Below are positions 50,571 through 63,382 of a DNA stretch of 64,000 nt, piece by piece. Numbering within the stretch: position 1 is the first letter of the stretch; every line of letters begins with the position of its first letter. Below the pieces are notes generated by a model. The model had not been told where the DNA came from. It made no database searches and saw nothing but the letters and a program-made list of their open reading frames with translations. The stretch is from positions 17,112,001-17,176,000 of the forward strand of contig JBHGNT010000006.1 in assembly GCA_043228905.1 (NCBI GenBank), given 5' to 3'. A program made the position numbers and the translations under genes. Origin of the DNA: Azolla caroliniana. Taxonomy: Eukaryota; Plantae; Polypodiophyta.

Positions 50571-51144
50571 TCCATTCCCGCCGTTGTTCACTGCGATTGT
50601 GTAGAAATCGTGGTCGCCTAAAACTGTGTTAATCCTAGGGCCGGACAACAGCCTAATATAGGGTGTCCACTTAAGACACTTCACCAAAGGGTGTTACAGC
50701 AGAATGACTTACGGCACAACGTTTAATTAGACCTTAATCGATTACTTAGCAACACATCATTAACACGCGTAAGATATAACAATAAGCACAGAACGGTAAT
50801 CAACACTGAAAGATTAAGGCCATAAATTCTATTAATTATCCACTTTTGATTACATTGTAACCGGGCCTTTATATAGGTCTCCGGTGCAAAATACAAAACG
50901 GTGCCAACCGGCACCTTTTCGGGATCGGTCTGGATCCGGATCGGCATATCGATTCCGGTCCGTTTGTCCACATCTTCTCATATATTACTATATATTTTAA
51001 GACTACTAATTACAACAGTTCCCGAATAAACTATTCCTTTCACACTCTGGTTTGGACCTCCTTAAGCCTTCTTGCCAAACGGTAACACATGGCACGCCCG
51101 TGGGACAGTACCTTGTACATTGAACCCATTATCCGGCCCTTTTA

Positions 51145-51985
51145 AGTAGGGTGTGAGAAGCATTCGAAAAAGAAATGGAAATCTCGCATCGCATCACTGC
51201 TTCTACATTAGAAGAAGTCAACATCGGAACGACAGAGGTGCCACGACTACTCTCAATTGCTAGGGATCTGACCTCGGGTGAGAAGATGGCAATGACAGAA
51301 CTGCTTCGGGAATATAGGGATGTTTTCGCATGGTCACACAAGGACATGAAAGGGTTGGATCCGAAATTTTATTAGTACAAGATCAACTTGTCCGCTGACA
51401 CGAAACTTGTGTAGCAGCGACGTTACCGAATGAACCCAAATTATGTGGCTCGGGTAAAAGAGGAAATTGACAAACTGTTGAAAGCATGGTTCCTTCGGCT
51501 AGTCAAGCAAGCCACATGGCTGAGTTCAATAGTCGTAGTTCCAAAGAAGAATGGGAAAATACGCGTTTGTGTGGATTACCGCAAGCTAAACGATGTAACA
51601 ATTACTGATGTGTTTCCCTTACCGTTTACAGATAGCGTACTAGACGTCGTCGCGGGCCATGACATGTACAGCTTTTTGGATGGCTTCAGCGGATACAATC
51701 AAGTACATATGCACCCTAATGACCAAGAAAAGAACACGTTTGTCACGGACTGGGGCATGCTCGTTGCCGTAGTAATGATGTTTGGTCCAAAAACGGCACC
51801 CGCCACTTTCCAACAAACAATTATGGATATGTTTGGAGAATACATACCTACATTTATGCAAGTTTTTCTCGACAACTTTACGGTATATGGAACACTACGA
51901 CTATATGGAACAACTTTACGGTATATGGAACAACTTTACGGTATATGGAACATTTGGGGCATCTACGACTTTGTTTGGAGCGTTG
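51145..51985 (+). pseudogene. Inverted Gypsy RT fragment
   Basis: LEEVNIG, DVFAW, RVCVDYRKLN, FLDGFSGYNQ, FLDN. On the opposite strand to the flanking Gypsy sequence. Confidence 0.88.
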
Positions 51986-53522
51986 CAAGTCTTCTCCACC
52001 TTGGTGTCCCCTTCGATACGTATGGGTTGACTGCTTTGAGGACATCAATTTCGAAGAGCGGTATGATCTTCGGGTTTTCTTCGAGGTATTGGTCGACTTC
52101 ATCCTCGGCCAACCCATCGATCATATGCACCCCCTCGGCGTAGAGTGGTGTGGTTTCCTTGGTTGTTGTTGTTCGCTCTTCAGTCGGGATGCAAATCTTT
52201 GTCTTACCTCTTTGGAAGGTTATGATATTTCGTTACCAGTTTTGCTTAATGTTGGATGTCCTTGGCCACCGTCGTCTATGCATTATTGGGTAGGCATCGG
52301 GGGCATCCAAGCGTAAGTCCACTGCTGAAATTGAGAACACGTGACCGCCGATTACGATTTCGAGGTTCTGAATTAACCCAAGGGGTTTTACGGAAAGTGT
52401 GTCCACCATCCTTAGCCAAAATGGGCAGGCTTCCCATTGTTTAATTCCTAGTCGGTCATAGGTGGCATTATTGATTACATTAACTCCGTAACCACCACCG
52501 ATTATTTAGATGTGTATTTCATGTCCTTTGACCATAAGTTTCACAGTTGGATCTTGTGTGTCGAGGACCGTGGACTTGTCACTAGTCACAGTGAAATGAA
52601 CTGGCGCACTTGGTTGGTCTTCGTTTCTTGCGAGTACCACCACAGTCTCCTTGAATCGAGGAATGAGGTTTAGTAACTTACTTAGTGGCATCAAAATTTG
52701 GCATCTTGTCAAGGCTTGCCAAATCGGGTCCTCTCCGATTGGTTCCTCATCTTCCGAAGGTAGTTGCTGCAGAGGGTTTTTATTGCTTGTGATGCTTTGC
52801 ATTTCATCTTGCATGCGGTCGGCGTTGGCATTGTTCGCCTTTTCAATTCATACCTTTGTTTCTTGCTAGATCTCATCTTGAGCACAAGTGGTCACCTACT
52901 GAACCTCCGTTATTATTGTATTGACTATCGGGGCTTTCCCCCAATGATTTTCTCGGCATCGCGTGGCGTAGTGCCATGGCTTGCGACAATTGTAGCAGAT
53001 AATGGGTGCCATCTAACTTGATTCACCTCATTCGATTTGGGGTGGTGGTGCCTGTCGTGTAGGCTCATCACACGGCCTATGAGGGTAATATTGGGCCTGC
53101 CATGGCTATTGGTTGTCTCTATAATCCTCATTTTGCAAAAACCGGCGAGTACTGAGCCGATTGTCATCTCTACGTCGTGGATCATGTGGTCATCAGTTGT
53201 TGCCGTACTATCAGTTGTTTTCAAATGAAACATTGTTCGCATTGTTCCCTAGGTGAATACTCTTCCTCGTATGGTTCTTGGTCATATACGTAATTATCGT
53301 CACCGTATCGGTCTTCCAGTGGTCAAAAATGCTCGTCGTGGTGGGGTTGGTCCTGATGCCTAAATTGAACCGGTTGGTGGAATCAGTCCTCATTCCGCAT
53401 TCGATCATTGCGTGGCTCGATTTGGTGCACTAGAGTTTTCATTTGATTAAGCAGGTTATATTCACATTGCTCTAGTGTGTGCAAGTGGGAGTGGCAAACG
53501 GGGCAATACATTCATAGTGTGT
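51986..53522 (-). pseudogene. Gypsy H (G-related): gag C-terminus and protease
   Basis: IWQALTRCQILMPLSKLL parallels G TWEALQECQITLPLGRLL; CPVCH..CEYNLL. Confidence 0.8.
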
Positions 53523-53862
53523 TGTTGAGATACAAGCTCAACATTGGCCGGAACGACTGTGGAAGCCGAGAACCGGATCAGTTGGGACCGATCAGTTAGG
53601 CCGGACCGATGCATAAACCGGGTGCCTAAACTGTTACGCAAACCAATGCGCAATGAGAAGCCGTAGCGGTGCCTAAACCGTGAGGCTGTTAGACAGATAT
53701 TCCTCGTAAGGAATAATTTTGGGAGTGAGTGTCGAGGCTCATTTATGAGTAGTCAAATATTGTCAGTACTTGTGTCAACCCGATAGTCAGGGCTTGTATA
53801 AAAGGTGCTCACTGAGCATGAAGAATGTACAGAGGGTCATTATTTTTGAAATAGAACTAAGT

Positions 53863-54428
53863 TGTCCTGCATCACATGCAAAGCATGTGTGCCAAATGAC
53901 GATCATGCATCACATCCATCACATGCATTACATGCATGCCATCACCCCCATATCATTATATGCATGAGAGAACCTGCAAAGAGAGGTAAGGAATTAAGGG
54001 ATGAATCAAGGGAAAACCGTGTAATCAATCAATGAAGAGAAAGTTAGAGAAATAAGATAATCAAAGAAACAAATAATAAGTTAGCTTGATGATGAAGAGG
54101 CTCATGTTTCCAAGTTGGAGTCAAGGGTTCAAATCCAGAGTTTGGCAAAGGAAGATTGCATCTTGCGATGAAGCATTGTACATTTTGGTAAGATCTTGTG
54201 TTCTTAATATAAAGTTTGTTCTTATCATACCATTTCAATTCTTCAATCATACATTGTCTCTATCTTTTTATCCATACTCGTCTCTCTGTCACGCATTACT
54301 TTTAACTCTTCTTCTTCCTATCCTTAATCTTCCTAACATAGATGCACAAAGCCTTATAAAATATATAGTAGACTCCCTTTAACCTTAGTCAGTGCGACTT
54401 TGCCGCACGAACCACAACCACCCCGACA
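53863..54428. mobile_element. Probable solo LTR (TGTC..GACA) replacing the end of the I 5' LTR, the PBS and the gag start
   Basis: 4-bp inverted termini and no TSD; host sequence is missing across it. Confidence 0.55.
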
Positions 54429-57400
54429 ACACGTGGGTGAATCTCAAAAAGATTTTCGTCACAAGCACAACAGCCAGGAAGCTACAACTCAGGCAGGAGC
54501 TCAACAATGTCTGGCTGAAGGATCTGTCTGTGGCTGATTACACGACCCGAATCAAGGAAATTTGCGATTCTCTCGTCTCCGTCAATGTGAACGTTGAGGA
54601 AGATGAAATGGTGCAGGTTTGCCTTGGTGGGCTTGCGTCCAGGTTCGGAGTCTTCCGAACGGCGGTCTGTACGAGGGAGAATATGCCTTCATTCTTCGAG
54701 CTTCAATCAGTGTTGCTCGTGGAGGAAAATCACGCGGGTGCGTCGACGAGTACGCATGCCGACAGCAAGATGTTGTACACGGAGGAAGATAGGCCCTGTG
54801 GTCGCGGTGGACGAGGCGGATCGGTACGCAATGGAGGCAGCCGACAAGAGCAGAACAAGTGGCATAACCGAAATGTCGACAGCAGTTCCGGACCCTCCAC
54901 AAGCAGAGGGAGTCTTGGCGGCGCTGGAAGCCGGCAAGAGAAGGCTGCATCGGAATGTTGGTACTGTGGCAAGAAAGGCCACAACGAGAGCGATTCGGAC
55001 AAAGCCGGATCGAGCCGAAGAGACACAGAGAGGCGTCAGAGATCACACTACGCAGAAGGCTTTGAACGAGCCGGAAACAAATCGGCCCAATCTTAGTAAT
55101 GAAGCATAAGGCCAATTCTATGGCCGTGAACACCTCAAAATTGAGCAAGGTATGGTATGTTGATTCCGGAGCATCAAATCACATGACGAATCATGAGGAA
55201 TGGTTCTCGTACTTGGAGAAACTGGAATCACAAGGAGTGGTCGAAACGAGAGACGACACTCTGCATACCATCGAACAGGTCAGTAAAGTTCCCCTCAGCC
55301 ACGTCGGGCAGAAAGGGAAGCTCATGAACGTGTTGCACGTCCCGACAATAACGAAGAACCTGGTGTCGGTCGGTCAGATCGTCGACCAGGGAATGCAGGT
55401 TCGATTCACACATTTCGACTGCTTCATAGAAGAGGAAGGCAAAGTAATCGCGCAAGGGTGCCATGAAGGGAGGATGTTTATCCTCGAAACCAACTATGTG
55501 GCCACTGCTATGTATGCGAAAGGACAAAAGCTCGAATCGGATATCGACCTGTGGCACAAGCGATTCGGCCATGTAAATTTACCACGGCTTTGGGAGATGT
55601 AGACGAAGAACATTGTTTTCAGCTTGCCGAAATTCTGGGGCCATAAAGGCTAAGTCTGCGAAGCCTATCAGATGGGAAAACAACACCAACTTCCATTCCC
55701 CAATGAGCATAATCGTAGTCGAAGTCCATTGGATTTGATCCATTCAGATGTGTGGGGACCGGCACAGAATGTGAGTCTCGGTGGAAGCCGTTACTTTGTA
55801 ACCTTCATCAACGACTTCACTCGGCACACGTGGGTATGCACAATCGCGAAGAAGAGTGAAGTCTTCGCATGTTTCCTGAAGGTGAAGAGCCTTGCGGAAA
55901 GGGAAACAGGGCGTAAGATCAAATGCCTACAGTCCGATGGCAGGAAGGAGTACTAATCCAACTAGTTCACAAGTTATCTACAGAAGTAGGGAATTTGACG
56001 CGAATTATCGTGTAGATACACGCCACAGTAGAACGGCGTGGCCGAGCGGAAGAATTGGACAATCGAAGAAGTGGCCAGGGCAATGCTTGAAGAGAAGCAT
56101 ATGCCGAAATTCTATTGGGCTGAAGCTGTGAGGGCGGTTGTCTACGTGCAGAATTAGACTTCTGCTAATGGAGGAGTGTCGCCACATGAGCTGTATTTCG
56201 GGAAGAAGCCAAACTTGGCACACTTGAGGATTTTCGGTAGCATTGCATATGTGCATGTGCCGAAAGAAAAGAGCAGGAAGTTGGACGCCAAAGCTGAAAA
56301 CTGCATCTTAGTCGGTTATCCAGACGAGCAAAAGGGGTATAAATGTTATAACCCCCGAACCAAGGGAGTACGCGTAAGTCGAGATGTCGTGTTCGACGAA
56401 TTCGCTTCGTGGTACCTACCTTCACCTCCAATACCTCACGACTCCATTACAAATTCTGAGGAAGAAGTCAGTGAGGCCGAAATGCCTCCGCACGATGAAG
56501 AAATCAGAGCTCTGAGAAAGAATCTGATCTCATTTCTACTAAGTGCGTCGAGTGAAGTGTTGAGCCGAAATGATCAATCGATTGAAGAGACGGCGAGTAG
56601 TGGAGACTTGGTCGTGATGTCCCCACGTAAAGAACTGAGGAGACGGTGTCGTAGTGTAATTCGCACACTATGAGAAAATTGCATTTTTGTCCCTCCGGAT
56701 GGGACAAGGAAGAATCAGTAAAGAAGAACCAATGACAACCGGATGAAGGAGGAATCAGCAAGGAGGAACCAGTAAGGAGGACCCGGTAAGAACCGAATCA
56801 AGCAGAATCGACAAGAGCAGGATAAAGAAGGCCAGTGAGAGTCTCTCACCGGATGAAGAGACAAATTTGTAAATAAAAGAAAAGATTGTTACATGCATAG
56901 GATAAGATTCGAACCCTATACCTCCATGTTAATATTGTAAAGCCTTACCATTACACTAACATATCATTAGTGTCAAAAAAAAAGTAGACGTCCCACATAG
57001 AAAGGTAAGTGCACACTAAGATAAACTTTAGTTAGAAGAAAACGCAAGATAAAAGAAAAAGCTACACATGCACATCTAGCGTGCATGAACACTATAGTCG
57101 ATAAAAACGCATCAAGCTAGAAGAAACAAGATCACTTTAGAAAAAGGCATGTTAGATAAAGCATATAGTCTATTGTTAGAGAAAAAGCATGGATTGTAAA
57201 GACTCTCTCATCACTATATAAGGAGGGGGAGCACAATGTAATAGGGGTGTGGATTATTTGGAAATTGGATATATTTCCTAGAACACCAATTAACAAATTA
57301 TATTCGTGGGATTCACGAAATAATCTATACTTGTGGGATTCACAAGTTCTTTTTAATCTCTTTCTTTCAATCTAAATACATATTCTTATCTAAATATTGA

Positions 57401-59494
57401 TTAATCGAATACAATACACTCGTGGGATTCACGAGATTTCTATCTCTCTTTCGAATAATCTATCCATAACTATCAACTTGTATCAAATTCTTCCTCTTCC
57501 TAGTCCAAAACCTCGACGGTTCCCAACCGACTCACGCAACGATCCAGAACCGAAAGGCACGACAACGGTTTACGCGTAAGGAAAAAGGGAAGAAGAAAAT
57601 GTCGGAGTACGGCACAAATAAGGGCGAGTTGGATTGATGCGAATCCGACTCTGATAAGAGCGATGACAGGCCTTCAAGACGAAGTCCGTGTCAGCCAAGA
57701 AAGCCTCAACATCGGCTAATGAACAATTACGCCGATCTACTCGCTAGAAGAACCTTATTGTGCGGTTCGGTTACAACGAGTACATGGCGCATCACTATGT
57801 GTACATGACGCGTGTAGCGGAAGTGCGTGAGCCAGAGAGCTACACAGAAGTGGCAAAAGATGCAAATTGGTGTGCCGTGATGGAGGAAGAGATGCATGCA
57901 TTGGCAAAGAATGAAACCTGGGACCTGGTTGACGCACCGAAGGGTGTGAAGCCGATCGGATGTAGGTGGGTGTACAAGGTCAAGTACAACACCAACGGCT
58001 CAGTCAACCGATACAAGGCCCGGTTAATAGCGAAAGGCTACACGCAACAACACGACATCGACTACGATGAGACGTTTGCACCGGTCGCAAAGATGACCAC
58101 CGTTCATGTTTCTCTTGCAGTAGTTGTGGCGAAGAGGTGGCATTTACATCAGATGGATGTCAAGAATGTGTTCCTACAAGGCGAGCTTGACGAACAGGTG
58201 TACATGGTATAGCCCCCCGGATTTCACTCCGGAATGAACACTTCGGCGGTCTATCGGTTGAAGAAGTCCCTTTATGAACTAAAGCAAGCCCCGCATTCTT
58301 GGAACACGAAAATCACGCAACGATTGCGTCGGATGGGAATTGCGACATCCAAATCGGACTCTTCACTGTTCATTCGGGAAGTTCGACTCAGGTGTCTTAG
58401 TATTTTACTTTATGTTGACATGTGTAAAGCTCCAGCTTGTGGCATCATTTGACATGAAGGACCTAGGGGATCTTCACTACTTCCTCGGGATTGAAGTGAT
58501 CCATACCCCCGAAGGCGTATTGATCAGCCAACGTCATTACGCGCTGAATATGCTCTTCAAGTTCGAGATGGAAAATTGTAAGCCCATCTCGACCCCTCTG
58601 GATAGAAACGTCAAGCTTCGCCGAGATTCGGGAAAGGTGTGTGACCCGACACGGTTTCAACAAATTGTCGGAAGCCTCATCTACTTGACGATTACTCGGC
58701 CGAATCTCAGCTACCCAGTCAGTTTATTCAATCAATTTATGTCGCAACCTACGGCCGAACACTTTTAGTGCGCACAAAAGATATTCCGATATGTCAGCGG
58801 CACGAAAGACATGGTGTTGCTGTATCAGGCAGGCATAGCCGAACAGTTGGTTGGCTACACGGATGGCGATTGAGCCGAAAACGCAAGTGATTCTAGATCC
58901 ACATACAGATACGCCTTCTCATTAGGAAGTGCGGCGATCGCGTGGAGCAGCAAAAAGCAACTGACAGTGGCATTGTCCAGCACGGAGGCCGAATATCGAG
59001 GAGCGACTGTCTCTACGTGCGAAGTCATTTGGCTGAAACAGCTATTACGAGATCTACATGTAGAGGTGTCTGATCCGACGATGATCTATTGCGACAACCT
59101 CAGCCGTATCCACCTTGCAAAAAACCCCGTGTTCCACGCCCAGACGAAGCACATTGAGGTGCACAACCATTTTGTCCGCGAGCGGGTCCTTTCAGGTGAA
59201 GTCGAACTAGTATATGTTCCGACGGATCGACAGGTTGCCGACATCGTCACCAAGCCTCTTGGTCTCGACAAGTTACGGTATTTCTTAGGTGCGCTAGGGT
59301 TGCATCACCTCGACATGCCGAACTTGAGGGGGAGAAAGGAAGAACAGAAACAAGAGCATGAAAGGAGCGGAGGTGTTCATGACAGCGATGAGGAATCGAA
59401 CGGAGAATTCGATTTCGAACCGGTTGAAGAAGTCGAAGGAAGAAGCAAGGGCCGTAATCGTAGGAAAGAGTCGAAGATAGCCGAATCAAGGTGA
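54429..59494 (+). pseudogene. Element I gag-pol
   Basis: TARKLQLRQEL, WYVDSGASNHM, IHSDVWGP, RYKARLIAKG, LYVD, KHIEVH. Confidence 0.92.
56647..57564 (+). mobile_element. Solo LTR of the P family
   Basis: TGTCGTAG..GGCACGACA is the reverse-complement homolog of the P LTR ends. Perfect 4-bp TSD ACGG/ACGG. Confidence 0.92.
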
Positions 59495-60266
59495 GATAAG
59501 GCCAAGATGAAGACATGGTCGGAAGTTGTCAAAGGCCTGAAGATTGAAGACAAATTGGAGACAGCCAATTCTGATGACAGCGAAATTGAATCGAAAGTGT
59601 TCGATTCAATCGGAATGCTTGATTCGGATACGCCAAATCAACTGAAGGCCATGCGGAGAAAAGGGTAGCGAAGGATGCGCTGACACTGTGATAACAAGGG
59701 AGCTAAGAAGGGCCGGATAAGCATACAAGCAGACCGGGAGGGTCGAGCCACGCGGAATCAAATAGGGCGAGGAGCACGAGCAAGGCGTTAAGCCAAAAGA
59801 AACCAGAGCAGTGATCCGGAAGAACCAGAAGAGTCTCAAGTTGAGCTTGAGGGGGAGTGTTGAGATACAAGCTCAACATTGTCTGGATTGGTTGGGACCG
59901 ATCAGTTAGGCCGGACTGATGCGTAAACCGGGTGCGTAAATTGTTACGCAAACCAGTGCGCAACGAGAAGCCGTAGCGGTGCATAAATTTTGGGAGTGAG
60001 TGTCGAGGCTCATTTATGAGCAGTCAAGTACTGTCAGTACTTGTGTCAGCCCGATAGTCAAGGCTTGTATAAAAGGTGCTCACTGAGCACGAAGAATGTA
60101 CAAAGCGTCATTATTTTTGAAATAGAACTAAGTTTTCTGCTCTCTCTCTGTCCCTCCATCTCCATCTCCATCTTTGTGTTTTCTGAGTTTACGGAACTGT
60201 CTTATTTTCGAACTGTGTACTCTGTGTGTATACACACGCTTCCGCACACATATTCTTTACCTGTGC

Positions 60267-61230
60267 ACTCGACCGCCGAGTGACCTTGATTCAAACATGT
60301 TGTGCACTACACCGCTTGCCAGAACCAGATTTCTTCTTCTTTTGGCAAGGTGCGTTGTAGTGATGCCATTGAGAGGCTGTTGCTATTTTGGGCACTATCC
60401 ATCATTAAGACACGATCGATTACCTGCTTGATCAAGTTTTGTGAAAAATAAAGCACCGCAAGGGTTGTTCGGAGCGGTTCGCGGAGGGCTACAAGAAATG
60501 TCTCTTTTAATTCATCAGTTGGAATCTGTTGTGCCAATTGCCATCAAAGGTTCTGGAACCGAATAATGAACTATGGAACTAATTCTTGAGGTTCCTGTGC
60601 TACGGCATAGAACTGGCTCAATAGTTCCCCCTTTGGGACCCTCCGATGAAAAAGCCGAATAAACTTGTCCTTGAGCTCTTGAAATGATCGGAACTCTCCC
60701 AAGTTGTGTTGGGAGTACCAGTTCACTGCTTGCCAGTCAAGCGATAAACCGAACTTGGGAATTTTGGATCTTCTACATCATCCGCAACCAACTTTGGGAC
60801 ACATGGTTAGCTTGCCACGTTGTGAGGAAAGTGCGGACATGCGCCTTCGCATCGGCTTCCTCGTTGTATCATGGATATGGGTATAGCATTGTGTCTAGTT
60901 TAGAATCCTCTAGTACCTCCCAAGGTGGGCAGGTGTCATCGGGGTGTTCGACCTCAAAACTACTAGCACTGGTTGATACAGGATTGGGAAGCGTTGTTGA
61001 CTCAGCTTCTGATTCCGAGAGAGGCTACTCAGTGAGAGTGGATTTGTTAACACTCTCTTCTTGTTTGGCACGTCGGGACTTTGTCCGAGTGTGTAGTCCT
61101 CGAGGGCACGTCGTTACTGTGGTTGGGGCTTCCTCCTTTGCTTGTTCGATGTATAATCACAACTCGAACCAGGTGTGCCAATTTGTGTCACCTCCCCTTT
61201 GGAGGAACACATTCTCAGTTACTACTTCCG
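60267..61230 (-). pseudogene. Gypsy H gag, N-terminal part
   Basis: FLVALREPLRT and ADAKAHVRTFLTTWQANH are homologous to G gag. Confidence 0.8.
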
Positions 61231-61865
61231 AGTAATCAGATCAAGAAAATTGTGGTAGGAAGGAGAAAGGGCTTCGGGTCATCCCGTCGACCGTGTACTT
61301 CACCGAATGCATGAGTCAGGGAGGTGACTCTAACATAAGGGGTTACCATATAACTCTCTTTGTGGATACCCAAGTTCATTTGATCCGCTCGACACTCGGG
61401 GATATAGAAGACCCTCAGAACATCGTAAGGAACGCAATAACAGATATCTTGTCGAATCGGCCACAACCAATTACAGACTCACGATTACAAACAAAAAAAT
61501 ACTTGGATCACATGTTAAACACATAGGATTACCCCACAAGAAAGTGTTAGGAAACAAATTCCTCCGGATGGGAAGTAAGCACGAGCTGGATTGGAGTCTA
61601 GAGAGACATCCTTTGATAAGAAGGGGGGCAAGATGGATCAGATAGATTCGAAATAGAAGCGAAATCGGACCTAGAGAGGCATTCAGTAGGATCTGGGTGA
61701 GGAATCCGAAAATGGCCATATTTGTAAATAGGTTTTGTCGCGCCTATTTTAGGCCAAAATTGTAAATAACCATAAAGTTGTATAAGTATAAATACAACTA
61801 GGGCAAATCATTATTATGGGGCGTGAATAATTTCTATTGGTTGTCACCTCAGTAACTAAGAGTGT

Positions 61866-63247
61866 GTAGCGGTCTAGGGGTGTAGAGATCAGTCGGCATT
61901 CCGTCATGCCGAACTTGTATAGCATATTCAACACATAATGTTGTTGTGAGAGCAATATGCCGTCGGGGGTTTAGATCACCTCAATCCCAAGGAAATAATG
62001 AAGGCCCCCGAGATCCTTCATCTCAAATGAGTCCGACAGCTGGGCCTTGACACGCCCGATTTCATCGGGTTCGGTGATGACTAAATCATCTACATAAAGT
62101 AGGTTGCAAACCGGACCGTCTGGACCTTGCCGGATGAATAACGATGAGTTGGATTTAGAGGTCACAAACCCCATCTTACGCAACAATGAGTGATCTTCGC
62201 ATTCCAAGATCAGGGGGGCTTGTTTCAGACCGTAAAGTGACTTCATAAGCTGGCACACTGCCACTTGTTCATCTCCGACTAAAAACCGAGAGGTTGGATC
62301 ATATAGACCCGTTCTTCAAGGTCACCTTGAAGAAACGCATTCATGTCCATCTAGTGAAGATGCCACCCCCTTGCCGCAGCAACCGCCAATACCACATGAA
62401 CCACTGTCATCTTCGCTACCGGAGTGAAGGTCTCATCGTAGTTGATTCCATGGGTCTGTGCGTATCCCTTCGCCACTAACCGGGCCTTGTACCGGTTAAC
62501 CGAACCCTCAGCATTGTACTTTACCTTGCACACCCATTTGCAACCGAACGGTTTATAGTGTCGGGGAGGGTCAACGAGGTTCTATGTGTCATTGACATCA
62601 AGTGCCCTCATTTCTTCTTCCATAACGGCACGCCAATTTGCGTCCTTTGTCGTTTTTGCGTAGCTCTCCAGCTCATGCACTTCCTCCACATTGGTCATGT
62701 ATGCATAGTAATGCGCCATGTACTCATTATACCTGTACCGTGTAACGAGGTTCTTCTGGCGGGAAGACCGGTGTCACTTATCATCACCTGGTTTGGGGCC
62801 CTTCTTGGCTGGTTCGGATTTCGTTCCCGAAGATCAACCTTCATACTTTCCGGAGTCTGATCTACTCTGATCCGACTCAACGTTACCGGTATTGTATTCC
62901 GTCATCTTTTTCTTCCCCTTCTCTTTGCGCGTGAACCGTCTCCTCGGTTCCTTGTGCGGGGAGAGCACGACAAAGTCTCCACTACTCGTTGGTTCTCCAT
63001 CTGACTGGTAATCCCAACGCAGTTGCTCAGTCATCTAGAGTGCCGAAGTCTTCATCTTCTGCCTGAACCTCCTCGGGCTCACTAGCCTCATCTTCCGGAA
63101 TCGGGTCTTCGTCGGGAGTTGGAGTCGGTAAGGTGTCCCATGATGCTGTCTCATCAAACTCGGCATCTCGACTTACTCGGACCTACTTTGTCCGGGGGTT
63201 ATAGCACTCATACCCCTTCTGCTCATGCGAGTAACCGACTTGGATGC
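61866..63247 (-). pseudogene. Copia K fragment (integrase C-terminus to RT), I-like family
   Basis: RYKARLVAKGY, SLYGLKQAP, LYVDDL, YFLGIEV. Confidence 0.88.
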
Positions 63248-63335
63248 TGTAAAAAGAACAAGGTGTGGAAGCAACAGAAAACCGAATGTAGGAAAGAACA
63301 CAGGTTTAATGGAAAGCTTGGACACACACAGTATG

Positions 63336-63382
<47 letters not shown>

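Larger units (their letters stand above)
42151..51087 (-). mobile_element. Non-chromoviral Gypsy G (Athila/Tat-like layout) with an extra 3' ORF; PR and RT largely deleted
   Basis: 461-bp LTRs 42151-42611 and 50627-51087 (TGTTA..TAACA), PBS-like T(A)GGCGACCAC at about 50610-50620, gag, RH and IN motifs. No matching TSD. Confidence 0.88.
53523..60261 (+). mobile_element. Copia I, inserted in H gag
   Basis: 5' LTR 53523-53862 (truncated), 3' LTR 59858-60261, flanks TGTGT/TGTGC, PPT GAGGGGGAG. Removing it restores the H knuckle ECT-L.MYCPVCH. Confidence 0.88.

Noticed and set aside
61321-61850. Possible 5' LTR of H, or an element bounded by GAGGTGAC/GTCACCTC
   Set aside because: No second copy, PBS or TSD could be established; left unassigned.
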